Shown: positions 34,631 to 46,886 of the stretch, one piece after another
Numbering within the stretch: the first letter of the stretch is position 1
Layout: the number at the start of each line of letters is the position of its first letter
Origin: Zygnema circumcarinatum SAG 698-1b
Lineage: Eukaryota; Plantae; Zygnematophyceae
Direction of reading: 5' to 3'
Length of the DNA stretch: 64,000 nucleotides
Assembly: GCA_037447605.1 (NCBI GenBank)
Contig: CM074806.1
Span: forward strand, 930,001 to 994,000
The notes under the pieces: generated by a model
Database searches by the model: none
What the model was told of the DNA's origin: nothing
What the model saw: only the letters and a program-made list of their open reading frames with translations
Program-made: the position numbers and the translations under genes

Positions 34631-35102
34631 ATTTGCAGCCGCGGAACTTACCTTCAAAACTCCTCGAGGATTGTCCAATGGCGACATGCCACGTTCAGAA
34701 TTCGTACACGTGGTGGCGTATATCCATTGGAATTTGGAGGTTTCACTTTTTGGTCCTTTCATGTCCTGGTTTCGGTACCCGTTTTCTTACCGAAATCACA
34801 AACCGAGCTCGATTCGGGTTTTCTTTAAAGCAAAATCTGGAAGCCAATAAGAGCACGTCATATGGCCATTTGCTTTACACGTGGCCTAATCGCCTACTTT
34901 CTAGCATATCCAGTTTAGGCCAACGCGACAGCTCGTATTAGGGCCTGCATTCATCTGGAAACAATTGATAACTTTTTCTGACGTTTGTGCACGTCAGCAG
35001 CCCAGGCTCGCGCGCAGGATAGGATAGGATAGGATTTGCGAAGGAACAAAAAGGGGGAGAGCTGAACGCAGAGAACGAGGAGGGAACGAGACACTCGAAC
35101 AC
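34631..35102 (+). repeat. Dispersed ~470-bp element, copy A
   Basis: Collinear with the reverse complement of 45129-45599; core 34995-35102 aligns without gaps at 101/108. Confidence 0.9.
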
Positions 35103-35517
35103 TTTTATCACTTCAAGTCAACCAATGCAAGTTCTCATTTCGCTTATCACTCTTATTTTTTTAAAAATTTGGGATTGGGATTCCTCACAACTGGTTACTA
35201 TCTGCATCAAGTACCAACGTGTTAATGTCCTTTCCTCTCTCATAAGCCCTGAGTCTTAAAGAGCATGAAGTTGGTCAAATGTCCTACGTATTACTGGAGG
35301 ATTACGCATCATATTAGTGCTCTGTGCTGACCTCTTTCCATTCATACAAGTCCGCCAAATTTATTCAAACTATTTTGATGGGAGCTGCAACTAACAAAAT
35401 CTCTTCATGAGAGCAGGAAACCCATTGCTTGCAAACTTATCCTTAGCAAGCACAAATGTGCCTTAAAAGCCAACCGACTAAAGAAGCACACTCATCCCCT
35501 ACCTGCCAGTGAAGTCT

Positions 35518-37213
35518 TCACAGCAGCTTTAGGTGGCCAGTGATGTCTGCTATAATCTCGTCTGGCCCTGCCATCACCACAATATCCTCCATTCAGATTT
35601 GTCGAAAGCAGTTGCACTTTTCTTTTCAATATGGCTACTTAGAATATGTAGCACAACAATTTTGCCACTCCAACACCTGACATGCTAAGAGAGGAGGACA
35701 TAACTGTCATTCTATGCCACCAACAAGCCATTTGTGGACGCCATTCACATTGCAAGGACCTGATAACAGTCCAGGCAGAGTAGTAGCATTCACACGGAAA
35801 CGCTGAATGAACAGGATGCGACTGTTTCAAAGACGACGCAGTCCGAGGGACGACGGATATACTGCCGTTGAAAGAAGGATTTTGGCAAACCAACTGATTA
35901 CAACAATCACACAATGTTTTTCATTCCTGACCATTAACGCGATACAACAAGCAGGGTTGAGAAAGTCTTACCGAGTATGGCCATGACGGTCCTTGAGTCT
36001 GCACACAGCAGCAGGTAAAAAGCACTTGCCAAAATCACGGCTCTTTTCTATTGTCCTCGCTAGACATACAGGAAACAGGAAGCTACATGAGCAGGCAGCG
36101 ACAAGACTTAGCGTGAAGTAGTGGCTGGTGAAAAAAACTTACTTGGAGCAATTTGTGTCCTGCCAGCATCAACGGTGACATGCGTTGGCACTCCTGCACT
36201 TGCCGCTTTCTTCTGCATTACAATTGGATCCGGAATTAGTAAAGGACTACAAGCGATATTGAGGTTCTTACGTAAGCAGTACGAGCACTTTGAGCTCCAT
36301 CTAATACACTACTTTGCTGTGTCGATGGCACAAAGCAGCAGGATGAGCTTTGCCATTTCGCCAACAACCATCAACTGGCAAAGTCTAGTGGTAAGGATAT
36401 GACTACATTGCTGCAAGCTTACGGAAGAAATGACAAACCTGTAAAGAATTAAGCTCCTCTTCACTTTCCACCTTTGTAACCACCTTGACCTGCGCGCTTT
36501 CTTCCCACCTGTATAGCGTCCAGAGCTTCCGGCAACTGTTTGTGTGTTTAAAGAAGGCAGGTGCAAGTGCTCTGCCCACCAATTCCTGCAACTTGGCTGC
36601 ATTTCCTTGTGAAAGAGGAATACCTGTACAATGATAGCGGGGCTCGCCGCAGAAGTTTCTTATACAGCCCTAAAGTAGCATGCCTGCCTTTCAGAGAAAC
36701 CAAAAAGCCAAGTGAGCTTAGATGAGAGACTCTGTGACAACAGGAAAATTTTCTGACATACAGCACAGCCGAGCTGCATAACAATGGGCACAATATTGCA
36801 ACCAAATTGAGGAACAGCACCCTCACCCGCACTGGGCCGCAATCTTTCCTTTGCCCATTTTTAGGTCATTGCGCACCACTAGAACCTGCACTGCCCTCCA
36901 TCCAGAGGCCAAGAAATTTCAGTCCACCCCTTGCCCGCTCAGCTTGCTCTGTAGCATAATCAGGGGTGCTGTGCTAGGTGCAGCTCTTCACCATTCTGAA
37001 ATCCTCGTGCAGCTCGGCCAATTTCTCCACCTCCAGAGGTTTTTCTTGACTTCTCCCTGTACCAGTAGCCTCGTCCGGCTCTCCATCTAGATCCTCCATC
37101 ATCAAAACCGCGTAGTACTGTCTGCGTGCATAGACCAAGCCCAGAGCAAAAGCCGCTGCTCCGACTGCTAGCAGACAGACTGCACCTGCTGGCGAGTTCA
37201 AAGCTGGTGCCAT
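35518..37213 (-). CDS. PTH2: Peptidyl-tRNA hydrolase 2 (Pth2/Bit1 family) with N-terminal TM anchor
   Basis: FRM|VLVVRNDLKMGKGKIAAQC, HATLGLYKK, WEESAQVKVVTKVESEEEL, TVDAGRTQIAP, SRTVMAILGP, ITGHLKLL*. Confidence 0.95.
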
Positions 37214-37334
37214 CCTGTATGCGTATAATTCAAGAAAATGCACACAGAAATTCCCTCTTCTACACCCTCCTCCTCCCCTCGCCCCAATCTCCCGTCCCTT
37301 GCCCCTTCTCCTCACCTTAACCTTTGGAAAGAGG

Positions 37335-37420
37335 ATAAAGTCATGAAAACCCTAAAAACCCACTTTAATAAAGTCACGAATGCTTTAATAAAGTTACAGA
37401 AATCCCTTGTAAAGTTCCGA
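37335..37420. promoter_or_regulatory. PTH2/TLDc divergent promoter with ATAAAGTYAY motifs and a telobox
   Basis: ATAAAGTCAT at 37335, ATAAAGTCAC at 37368, ATAAAGTTAC at 37388; AAACCCTA at 37347-37354; the two ATGs are only 428 bp apart. Confidence 0.5.
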
Positions 37421-37640
37421 CTTCTTGAACAGGATGCACTTTATTCGTGCAGATTATGTACGGTATCATACGGAGAATATGCAGACGTGTCTATAGGCGT
37501 ACGGACGAAGTCGGCGCATGAGCTGTACGGTCCCCGCGTGTCAGCCAATGGGCAGCACTCCACTTGCAGGGAGGACGAGAGATTGAGGCAGGAAGGGAAG
37601 GAGGGAGCCGGTGAGGAGAGGGGAGCTAGGCAGAGGCGCT

Positions 37641-40600
37641 ATGGGAAATAAGCAGACGAGAAGCCCGGAGTTTGAGCAAGCCATGAAGTGAGCACTCTCT
37701 CTCCCTATCCCCTCTCTAATTCTATCCCTCTCTCCTCCCGTCACCCTATTGATGCATTCAGCCTTGTTTCCTTGCACCTCCACCTGTTTCAGTACTCAAG
37801 AAACTACAACTATGTAGTGTTGAGATCTTTTGAACAGGCTCACGATAGAATTATTACGTGTTTCTGCCGTCATTTTCGGTTCTATAATTGAAGGAAGAGT
37901 AAGGATAATTTGGGTGGTGCATATTTTTCAGGCAGTTTTCAGAGAGTGCGCTGCAGGACCTTACACGGGAGTTTCGATCCATGGCTGCGCAATCTAGAAG
38001 CGAGGGCCATTACGTGATTGCTTCTGTTTTTCAGGTGCGAAAAGGATATTGGCTTCCTTTTAAAACAACAGCTTTTCAAACTTGAAAATTTTGGTCGTTT
38101 TAAGTCCCGTGGTCTTCACGGCTTCCATCACTTCTCGTGGGGATAATTTACTCTGAAGTGAACCCAGATTTGGTTGAAAGGGAGAATATGGTGTTAAACG
38201 ACTCGACATTTAGCTAATGAACGCTGGTATTTTCTTTTCTTGATGAGTGTTTTAGCTCGCGCTCTAGAATGCTTATGATTACTTGATTAGGCGCCAATGA
38301 ATGGCTGAGCTGCCATCACGCGAGACATAGAGATCTGCAGTTATGCTTGTTCCGAAGACAAAACTGCAACGATGTGTTTAGGACCCCTGAAACTCAAGAT
38401 TGCAAGTTGAGCTTAGCTGAAGCCTGACGGAGAAACATGCAAATTTTTGGCATCGTGGGGATTAGGCTTACTATGGCATCCATGGCAGCTTGGGTGCACG
38501 ATTGTTCGACATCATCACGCGGCACCGGCAAGACAAGTTCCTCAGTTTCGAGGATTTGGTGTTAGCTAAGGTGGGTAAGACTAGTTTGCTGAATCACACT
38601 TTTGTCGGCTGTAAGGTACATGCGTGGCAGTTAACAAGGAGCACAGGAGTGAGTGCAGGCTAAGTTTGTGATGGGGTCGCCTATGGAGCGGGAGGATTTT
38701 GCATGGGCTCTTATGGACCTCCTTAACGATGGCAGAGTCACGAGGTGCCTGCCTACTGCCCAATTCTCGATACATACATTTTTGAGTTATTTTTACAAAT
38801 GGGCAATAGTGTACGTGCATGCGATCCGAGGCCTGTTCTTACAGCGACCTGTACAAATCTGGGTTAGTGGTATCATGTCGTGCTTGAGCGATCTCTCTAT
38901 CAGCAGATTGTAGACATCTGCGACAAAAAGGTGAACGTATTGAGCCCGAGTTGCATTAAATCATACACTGCTGTCATCTGTAGTTGCATAGGAGCTCCTC
39001 TCTCTGGTGAAATTGTGTCGTTGCTCTCTTTTCATGCTGCATTTGAAAGGCTGGTTGCAAGTGAACGTTGCAGTAAGAGCCCTCTGCAGCAGCAGTTCAT
39101 TTGAATTTTCTTCTTTTTCCAGATACAGCATGCTGAAAGTCCTTTACTCTCAGGGACCAGCGAACTTCTGCGAACTCCTGTCTGCCTGCCTGAAACCCTT
39201 GTCTGTATTTCATTACGCAGGACGAATGTGGAAGCAGTGGTCCTTTCCGTTTTGGAAACTGCACTTGGCCCGGAGGTGACGATTGAAGAGGACAGCTTGC
39301 GATCTTTTGTAAATGCGGTCCAGTTTTCAGAACAAGGGCGAGATGATAGGCACCTAGCAGCAGAAGCAGGAGAGCAGCGGGAGGGGCAAGGAGCTGAGGA
39401 GTGCATGACTAGGGAGGCTTTCAGCAGTTGGTGCCGTGCAGTCCCCAGCATGCGGCGAGTCTTGACCAGCCTCTTGACGGTCCCTGGTCAGGCATGCCAG
39501 GCCCCTCCCTCCCTCCCGCTCTCCCCTTCCCTTTGCTCCCCTTGCTCTCCTTCTGTACCAGTCTCTCCATCTCTCTCTCTCTCTCTCACACACACGCACA
39601 CATGCAATCTGGTTGTAAGGGGACGCTTTTTATGACAGTTTACCTTGCTTTTACTTGCATGTGTCAGCATCACGATGAACTGCACCTTGCGTCCCTTTCT
39701 GTCTCAACCCAACTTGTTGTGAGCCTGTGCTTCTATGAAGTGCTTCTGGTGGCTGCTTGTTTGTGTTTTGCGTGTTGCATTACGCTTTTCATGCCAGCTC
39801 CTTATGGTACATATGGCGTTTGGCTCTGCTGCAGGCGCTGCAAAGGGAGGGGTGCCGCAGCTTTTAGTGCCGGAGGAGTTGGCAAACCGTACGTTGCTGC
39901 GGAGCGAGTATGCATGGCACGTTGGAGGGATGCTGCAGGAGAAGGACCTTCATCAATGGCTGCTTCTGTATCATTCAGCAGTACATGGACACAGTTTCAA
40001 CACCTTCATTGGCCGGATAAGGTACCCCACGTGCAAGACTTGCTGCTGAGAGGCAGAACAAGGAGACGTTGTACATTTATTTTGCGCTTGTTTTTGTTAG
40101 CTTGCTGATCAATATTAGCTGTGGCTACAGTGGCATTTCAGGGCCCACGATTTTGGTCGTACGAGATAAAGGAGGGGCCGTCTTTGGCGGTTTTGCATCC
40201 CAGCCATGGGAACGACACAGCGAGTTTTATGGCGATCACAAGAGCTTCATTTTTACTCTAAGTCCGAAAACTGTTACATATCGGACGTCAGGCGCAAACA
40301 CAAACATCCAATGGGTGAGGACCATTTTTTTTTCTATTCTGGTCCAGTTTTTTACCATTTTTTTACCATATTTTGGCGCCCGTCCTACAATACTGACTTG
40401 CGTTTCTATGCTTTGGTGTAGTGTGCCTTCAATTTTGTGTCTGAATCTATACCCAATGGAATCGGTTTTGGAGGCCAAATCGGCCATTTCGGCCTGTTTC
40501 TGGATTCCGGATTTGACCATGGACATTCACGTGCTTCAGTTACTTTCAACAGCCCTTCTGTTTCCTCGTCACCTTCCTTTGTTCCCGATGTCATTGAGTG

Positions 40601-40748
40601 CTGGACAGTCCTCTCGTCTGCTGATGGTGAAGAAGGCGATAAAGCATCGACGAAGGCGTTGACAGGGACAATACTGGAACGCTTCCAAGAAGATAGGGCG
40701 GTGCTTAATATGGTGGGCATTGCCAACGCCAGCGAGAATACGGGCTAG
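37641..40748 (+). CDS. TLDc-domain protein (MEAK7/At5g06260-like; N-terminal MG, EF-hand-like region)
   Basis: MGNKQTRSP; GSLGARLFDIIT; LSFEDLVLAK; LLYHSAVHGHSFNTF; GPTILVVRDKGGAVFGGFASQPWERHSEFYGD; NIQWCA...PNGIGFGGQIGHFGLFLDSGFDHG; IECW; TAG at 40746-40748. Confidence 0.92.
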
Positions 40749-40926
40749 TCATATTTAGTCTTTTTGGGCCTAGTCGAAAGGTTTTGTATGTCAAGTGGGT
40801 AATTGTGCTTGGGACTAGTACGATAATTGCTGGTAGTGTTGGAAAGCATACTATCGACTTTTTCCCGAGCCTTTGTATGTTATAGCTGTTTTTGAACACC
40901 ACTAGAAAGGGGTATAGCTGATGATC

Positions 40927-40999
40927 GGCATTGATCTCACGGTGGCGAGGCCATCAAATGTACATGGACAAAATCAGTATGGGGAACCACGAGGAACTG
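40927..40999 (+). repeat. Dispersed ~75-bp element, copy C
   Basis: Matches the reverse complement of 46466-46541 (GGCATTGATCTCACG...GCCATCAAATGTACATGGACAA...ATGGGGAACCACGAGGAA). Confidence 0.85.
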
Positions 41000-41449
41000 A
41001 CTAAGAAGAGAGAGAGAAAGAAAGAGAATGAGAGAGGCCAATTAGCCAAGAGCCCACGTCTTGTGCAACCATGAATTCTTTGCCCGATAGGCCCTTGCCT
41101 CGACCTTGCCTCGACCTTGCCTCCATCATGAGAATTTCAGCGTCTAAGGGGCCTCGCTAAATCCGACCCAACGGTCATTGTACGGACATACCTTACAGTA
41201 CCTTTTTTTCACGTGGGCCATTCATCGTCTGTCGCGTGTCGACGGCCACGACATATTCGCGTAATGCGTAACTGTAACTGTAGCTGTGACGGGACGGCGG
41301 TTTTTGAGACCCGCATGGACCCGGAGTGCCACTAGCTCGTTTTCAAAAAGTAGGACTGCCACGTGACACCCATGCGGCCAACAAGCTGCCACGTGGGGCG
41401 TAATCGATGGCCAGCGGATTGCGCAGCACCTCCTGCCATTGGATGAAGG

Positions 41450-41512
41450 TTTGCGGTTTGCGGTTTGTAGTTTGCGGTTTGTGCTTTGCGGTTTGTGGTT
41501 TGTGGTTTGTGG
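41450..41512 (+). repeat. Nine tandem TTTGY(G/A)(G/C) heptamers upstream of the GDT1-family ATG
   Basis: TTTGCGG x4, TTTGTGG x3, TTTGTAG, TTTGTGC in perfect 7-bp register. Confidence 0.9.
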
Positions 41513-41585
41513 TTTTTCGAGCGCGCTTCTGCAGTCTGCTGCATCATCTGCAGCCTTAGTGGGCAGTCGTCACTCGGGAGCGTCC

Positions 41586-44455
41586 ATGGCTGCTATGGCG
41601 CTGCTCCAGCCAACCGGGCAGGTCACCCTCCTCCCCGGCTATGATGCCAAGCCTCTGGCGAGCTTGGCGGCTGAGTCCTCTCTGCGGATGCCACGTGGCG
41701 CTTCTACCTTTCCTTCTCTAGTCGGCAACAGAGGTCCGCAGAGGCATCTTGAGAGAGAAGGTGAGCTGATAGCTGTAGGTTAATTTTTTCGCTCCTTTAG
41801 GGTATGTGAAGAAAATGAAAGATTAAATGATGTTTTTTGCGCTTAAAGGGGGTTTTTTTTCTCCACTCGTGGCGCTTCGACAGAAAGGAGTATCTATGTG
41901 CAGTGCAGACATTTTACTTCTGCTTAGCCTTGATTCACTCTATGCGCTGTGGCGTTTGTCGAGCAGGAAGAATGCAATGGCGTCGCCGGTGCCCCTGCAC
42001 TGGTACGCCTGTTGCGTCGGCAGCTGCGACTAGCAGCTCAGCTGGAGGAGGAGGCGAGTATGTGGCTAGTGAGAAAGAGGACGGCAGTGGCCAAGTGTAT
42101 GTTCCGAATTCTTCCTTTAAATGAGCCTGTGTAATATAACTCACATATTCTTTCAGCTCTCTGTTTTGTTCGCCCACGCAGTCCATGGCTCCAGGGCTCA
42201 GCTGGAGCTTCTAAATGAGCTTAAGCTGCGTTGCTCTAGCTCCTAATGCAGGCGGCAGACCCTTTGGACAGGGTTTCTCCACAGAAGACTCCCCCCAGCA
42301 CGGCTATGCGTCTCCTGCAAATAACTATGGCTACTATTGGTGTAGCTGGACTGTTTGCGGCGGGTGCAACACTCGCGCAGGGGGGACCTGCGGCTCTTAT
42401 ATCTGCAGTTAGCAAGTCCGGCTTCACAGCCGCCTTTAGTCTCATCTTTATTTCAGAAATTGGCGATAAGGTGATGATCTCACATTCGTGTCACGAAGTT
42501 GCTTTCATCATTTCGTACTGCATGGAGGTCTTTCTGATATGGCACCATGAACGGTGTTAAATTCAGTATCCCTGCAAGTCCCATGGAAGGGAACCCTTCA
42601 TGACGATACAGTTGTGGGGCGAGCAATGCTATGTTTTTAATTCCACAGCCTGAAATTGTGTGGTTTTTTGGGCTGCCTTTCGGACAGACATTTTTTATTG
42701 CAGCGCTGTTGGCCATGCGGCATTCACGCATCATGGTGAGCAAAAGATCTGCTGGATCTGTAGGATGATGGCTTCTGACATTCTTCTGCAATATATTTCT
42801 TCGCCTTCTTTGCAGGGGCGTATGGGGGTGTTGAAAAAACTTTTTGTATTTTTGCCCTTAAATTATCAAAGTAACGTGGCTGAATATCGTCGGACTGCCC
42901 AGAGTTGATTCTGACTTCATTGGAAGCACATGAGAAACCTACTTCAAGTTGCTTGAATGCACTCCTGCCTTACGAGCACGCAGAGTAGTTTGCTTTGTCT
43001 GCAATCTTATATGTCCCAATGGCTTGAGGTGTTTGATATGGCAGGTTTTGGCTGGGGCATCGACTGCTCTCGCTCTGATGTCAGTGATTTCAGTGGTCAT
43101 TGGCCGAGTCTTTCGCAACCTTCCAGCGCAGCTGCAGACGAGTGAGTTAGTCTGCTTATCGAGTCCCTATGGCCCTATTGATGTACAAATCGGCGCGACC
43201 GAATTGTTTGACTATGTTAAGGCCTGCTCGTCCTTCATCTGGAGATTATATTCGGCTGCACCTCCCTAGAGTTAGCACAGCTCCTTCGGATTTTCCTTTC
43301 TGTCAGGGCAATTCCGTCTTTTCACCTATCACCGCATTTCTTCCGCCATTTTCTGAGTCTCATGCCTTCACTATGACGCAGCTTTTCCCGTCGGAGAGTA
43401 TCTTGCTGTAGCATTGCTTGTATGGTTTGGTATACGCTCCATACGATCAGCTTTGGCCCTCCCAACTACGGCTCAAGCTGCCGCCAAGGAAGAGGAAGAA
43501 GCTGGTGGTGAATTGGCCGAGGCAGAGGAGTTTCTCAGCAAAGTGGAGGTGTGTCCCGCTTCCTACCCACTGTTAGACACATAATTATGAACTAATGGAA
43601 TACTCCAGTTACACTTGGTTGCGGAATTTCATTTTGTCCAGTTTTCTCCTTTCTCCCATCTATTGGCATTCCATTTTCTGTCAAGTCCCTTCCACCCCCC
43701 TGATGTGCCCATGTGATTTCTACTGCAGGCAGACAAGATGAGCACTCCTCTGGGAGTCTTCAGCGAGGCTTTCACTCTCGTCTTTGTTGCGGTGAGGCCC
43801 TTCATTGCTAAGCTAACTGTGCGAAGAGTTTTTCCGTTTGATCAGTGTGGTGGCGTCGTTATGATAACGGAAGAGCTGCTATCCAATGGCTAATGGAATT
43901 CTTTGGCTCGATGCAGGAATGGGGGGACCGATCGATGCTTGCGACTATTGCCTTGGGTGCAGCTCAGGTGAGCATCTATTGACCTAGTGCTTGATGGACT
44001 CAGGGAGTCGAGGTGGTTGTGCATGGTTTGCTTGGAGAATTTGTGTATACTTTGTAATGCGGTTTGGGCTACCCTTATTGCTGCGTGAACTCCTGACTTT
44101 AATGGACCATTTGAGGCACCTTGCAGTCTCCTGTAGGTGTGGCACTCGGTGCGAGCGTAGGCCATGTTGTTGCAACCGGCATTGCAGTCATGGGAGGCGC
44201 GTTACTGGCAGAACATATCTCTGAAAGATTGGTATGTCTCTCTCACTCTCTTGCTGCCTCTATGTCCCGATGCAGACATGGCAGATTGGCTGGGAACTGC
44301 CAGCAGACACTCATCATCCTAAACTTGCTAACGCCATTTTTTTTCAGCTAATATAAGGTCGGGCTCCTTGCTATGTCACCTGGGTGCAGGTAGGACTACT
44401 GGGAGGCGTTCTTTTCCTGGTATTTGCTGTTGCGACCCTATGTGGCGTATTTTGA
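41586..44455 (+). CDS. PAM71-HL: GDT1/TMEM165 (UPF0016) family chloroplast Mn/Ca transporter, PAM71-HL/CMT1 type
   Basis: SKSGFTAAFSLIFISEIGDK|TFFIAALLAM; VLAGASTALALMSVISVVIG; AEWGDRSMLATIALGAAQ|SPVGVALGASVGH; plastid-like N-terminus; TGA at 44453-44455. Confidence 0.92.
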
Positions 44456-45128
44456 GTGAGCTATGCCGCAGAGGGCTGGCAGTGAGATCTTTTGTTTTTA
44501 ACATAATTTGGAAGTCTGCGTAGAATTGAGCTGGTAGAAAAGTGGAGAATTTCTGGTTGGATGTCCTAAAAGGATGTCCTGGTTTCGCTCACGTCATTAG
44601 ATTTGTGAAAAAGCGGCAATTGCAGATGAGGCGTGTTTTATTGTAGTGAGAGGCTTGCATGCTGTCAACCCTTCATCCGCGTGTGAATGGCTATCCGCCG
44701 ACCGTGACCATGAACATGCAATGGCAACGGGCAGATGCAATCTTCAGTTTTTTGACGACTTTGTACGCCTCAATGTCCAAGGAGATAAACACCATCCATT
44801 TTTGAAAGCCACTCTCAAAGGTCCCGTGTATGCGTCAATCAATGGAGTTGGAGGAGTTCACTCTTTGTTTCAAAAAGAGTAGTAAGAAATATAGGGACCG
44901 ATGACACGTTGCAAATGTTCAGTGAATTTGCTATAATTTTACTTCCAGTATAAAGTCTCGTTTTGTTTAATTTAAACCAAAGTTTTAACCAAAGTTTTGT
45001 TTCAAGCACATGAAAGGCCTGTGGGGCAGCGAGCGCCGAATGTCGAGGAAACGCACACGTGCACCACAATTTATCCTCCTTATTGTGCAGTAACGGCGTC
45101 GTTTCGTGCTCCTTCAGGCCGACCTTCG

Positions 45129-45599
45129 GTGTTCGAACGTCTCGTCCCCTCCTCGTTCCCTGCGTTCAGCTCTTCCCCTTTTTATTCCTTCGCAAATCCT
45201 TTCCTATCCTATCCTGCGCGCGAGCCTGGGCTGCTGTTGGCACAGTTTCTGCTGTCAAAAAAAGTTTTCAATTTTGCTCAGATGAAAGCATGCTCTAGAA
45301 CGAGCTGTCGCATTGTCCTTAGCTGGAGAGGCAAGGAAGTAGGTGATAGGGCCACGTGTAAACCAAGTGGCCAAATGGCGGGCTCTTATTGGCTTCCCCC
45401 TTTTGCTTAAAAAAAATACCCGAATCTAATCGGGTTCAGATTTGCAACTCCGGCAAGAAAGACATGAGAGGACCAAAAGTAAAAATAAAAACCAAAAAAA
45501 ATCCAATGGACATGCGCCACGTGAATTTTATACGTGGCATGTCGCCATTGGACAATTCTCAAGAATGTTTTTTTTTAAGTAAAGTTCGTGGCTGCAAAT
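45129..45599 (-). repeat. Dispersed ~470-bp element, copy A' (inverted relative to copy A)
   Basis: Reverse complement is collinear with 34631-35102; core 45129-45236. Confidence 0.9.
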
Positions 45600-46465
45600 G
45601 TGTTGTCTGTTCTACTTTGATAGAGGTGGTTGTCGCTGCTGAGTGTACTTACCCTTCCAATGTTGCGCGTGCTAAGGGCTCCGCTCTTGTGCTGGTCTTG
45701 GAGGTGCGGCTTGGTTGGCTGTTACCCCGATATTTTCCACCCTTCGTTTGCCCCCGGGCCATTTTCAGCTTGTCAGCGCGACTTCGTCTCGGGCTCCCCC
45801 ACCTTCCATTGCAAGGTTTCTTTTCTTGTCATTGGCCGGCTTTCTTATGCGACGCGAGCCGTGCCACATTGTGCACCCCCGACCAACTGGTCGTGGCGAG
45901 CGCGGCGTTCGCCCTCATTCGACCCTCTCTCATGGACGGTTCTCGGCGCATTTTCATGGGTGTTGTGTTGGCCGACAGGACCCGTCGCGATGTACTGTCG
46001 CGTGGAGCGCAGCATGAAGGCGATGCGGCCCTTCGCAAGGAGCCAGCGCGCATATGCTGCCGTGACGTGACGCGGCGGATACAATTTGATTAACCAATTC
46101 TTGTGACTAACAGCATTGCTAATAATACATTCGAAAATCTCATACTAGTTTGTTCCTATGGCTGTTCGACGCCTGTTTGGATGCCGTCCTTCCTCCGCCA
46201 GTGCGCCCATCGATCGCTCCTTGGAGATGCGCGCACGGCCCCGGCCACAAGCGCTCCTCTCATCCCCCGATCGTCGCCACTTTTTATCGACGGCGCATTT
46301 CCGTCGCCCTTCGGCGCTGACCTCCTCCTCGCTTCCACGCTCCTTCGGCGTGAAGCCAAGGTTGGTTGTTGGTGGCTGTGGCGGTGGCCTTCCGCCTGCG
46401 TTGTTCAGCATGGGCGTTGCTTTCCGCTCCTAGCATTTTTCTTCTGTGCTTAGGTCCTTTGCGCC

Positions 46466-46541
46466 CAATTCCTCGTGGTTCCCCATGATGATGTTGTCCA
46501 TGTACATTTGATGGCATCATCACCATCGTGAGATCAATGCC
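46466..46541 (-). repeat. Dispersed ~75-bp element, copy C'
   Basis: Reverse complement matches 40927-40999 with a few substitutions and one short indel. Confidence 0.85.
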
Positions 46542-46886
46542 ACATCCACATCCATGCCAAAATTGCCAATTCATTATTCCTTTTCGCCCTTCCGCATGGG
46601 TCAGGCCATATGTACGATATCTGGCGATATATATCGGGAAATATTGGCACGACCCACCGAGGGCGATGCGGGAGACGGAGCCTGTCCTGCCTGGTCGTCG
46701 AATAGTGACAACTGTGGGGTCCTGGTGGGGGAGGGGATGAAGAGTACGAAGAGGAGGCAGCCATGGAAGAGGATCGTCCATCGCTTGGCGTCCTCCATTT
46801 AGGCCATGGCAGCCTGAATGACGCTAAAATCTTGAGGGAATAGAAAAGTGTATCTGGAGACGTCTCTAGAAAGCGGAGTTGTCGCC

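Noticed and set aside
4986-36400. U12-like donor motifs RTATCCTT on the minus strand (~4993, ~31394, ~36400)
   Set aside because: All fall inside GT-AG introns whose junctions already restore the conserved protein; none is at an exon boundary.
38719-38735. U12-type branch point TCCTTAAC followed by AG
   Set aside because: Lies within a TLDc coding exon (MDLLNDGRVTR) that aligns with homologues; no matching U12 donor.
41450-41512. True telomere or chromosome end
   Set aside because: Only nine degenerate units, internal to a gene-dense region.
45129-45236. tRNA-derived SINE or Pol III gene (GTTCGA plus T5 in the repeat core)
   Set aside because: No proper B-box (GTTCRANNC), no A-box, no cloverleaf, no poly-A tail or TSD.
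46466-46541. C/D-box snoRNA (ATGATGA in copy C')
   Set aside because: The C-box is not conserved in copy C and no D-box occurs at a suitable distance.
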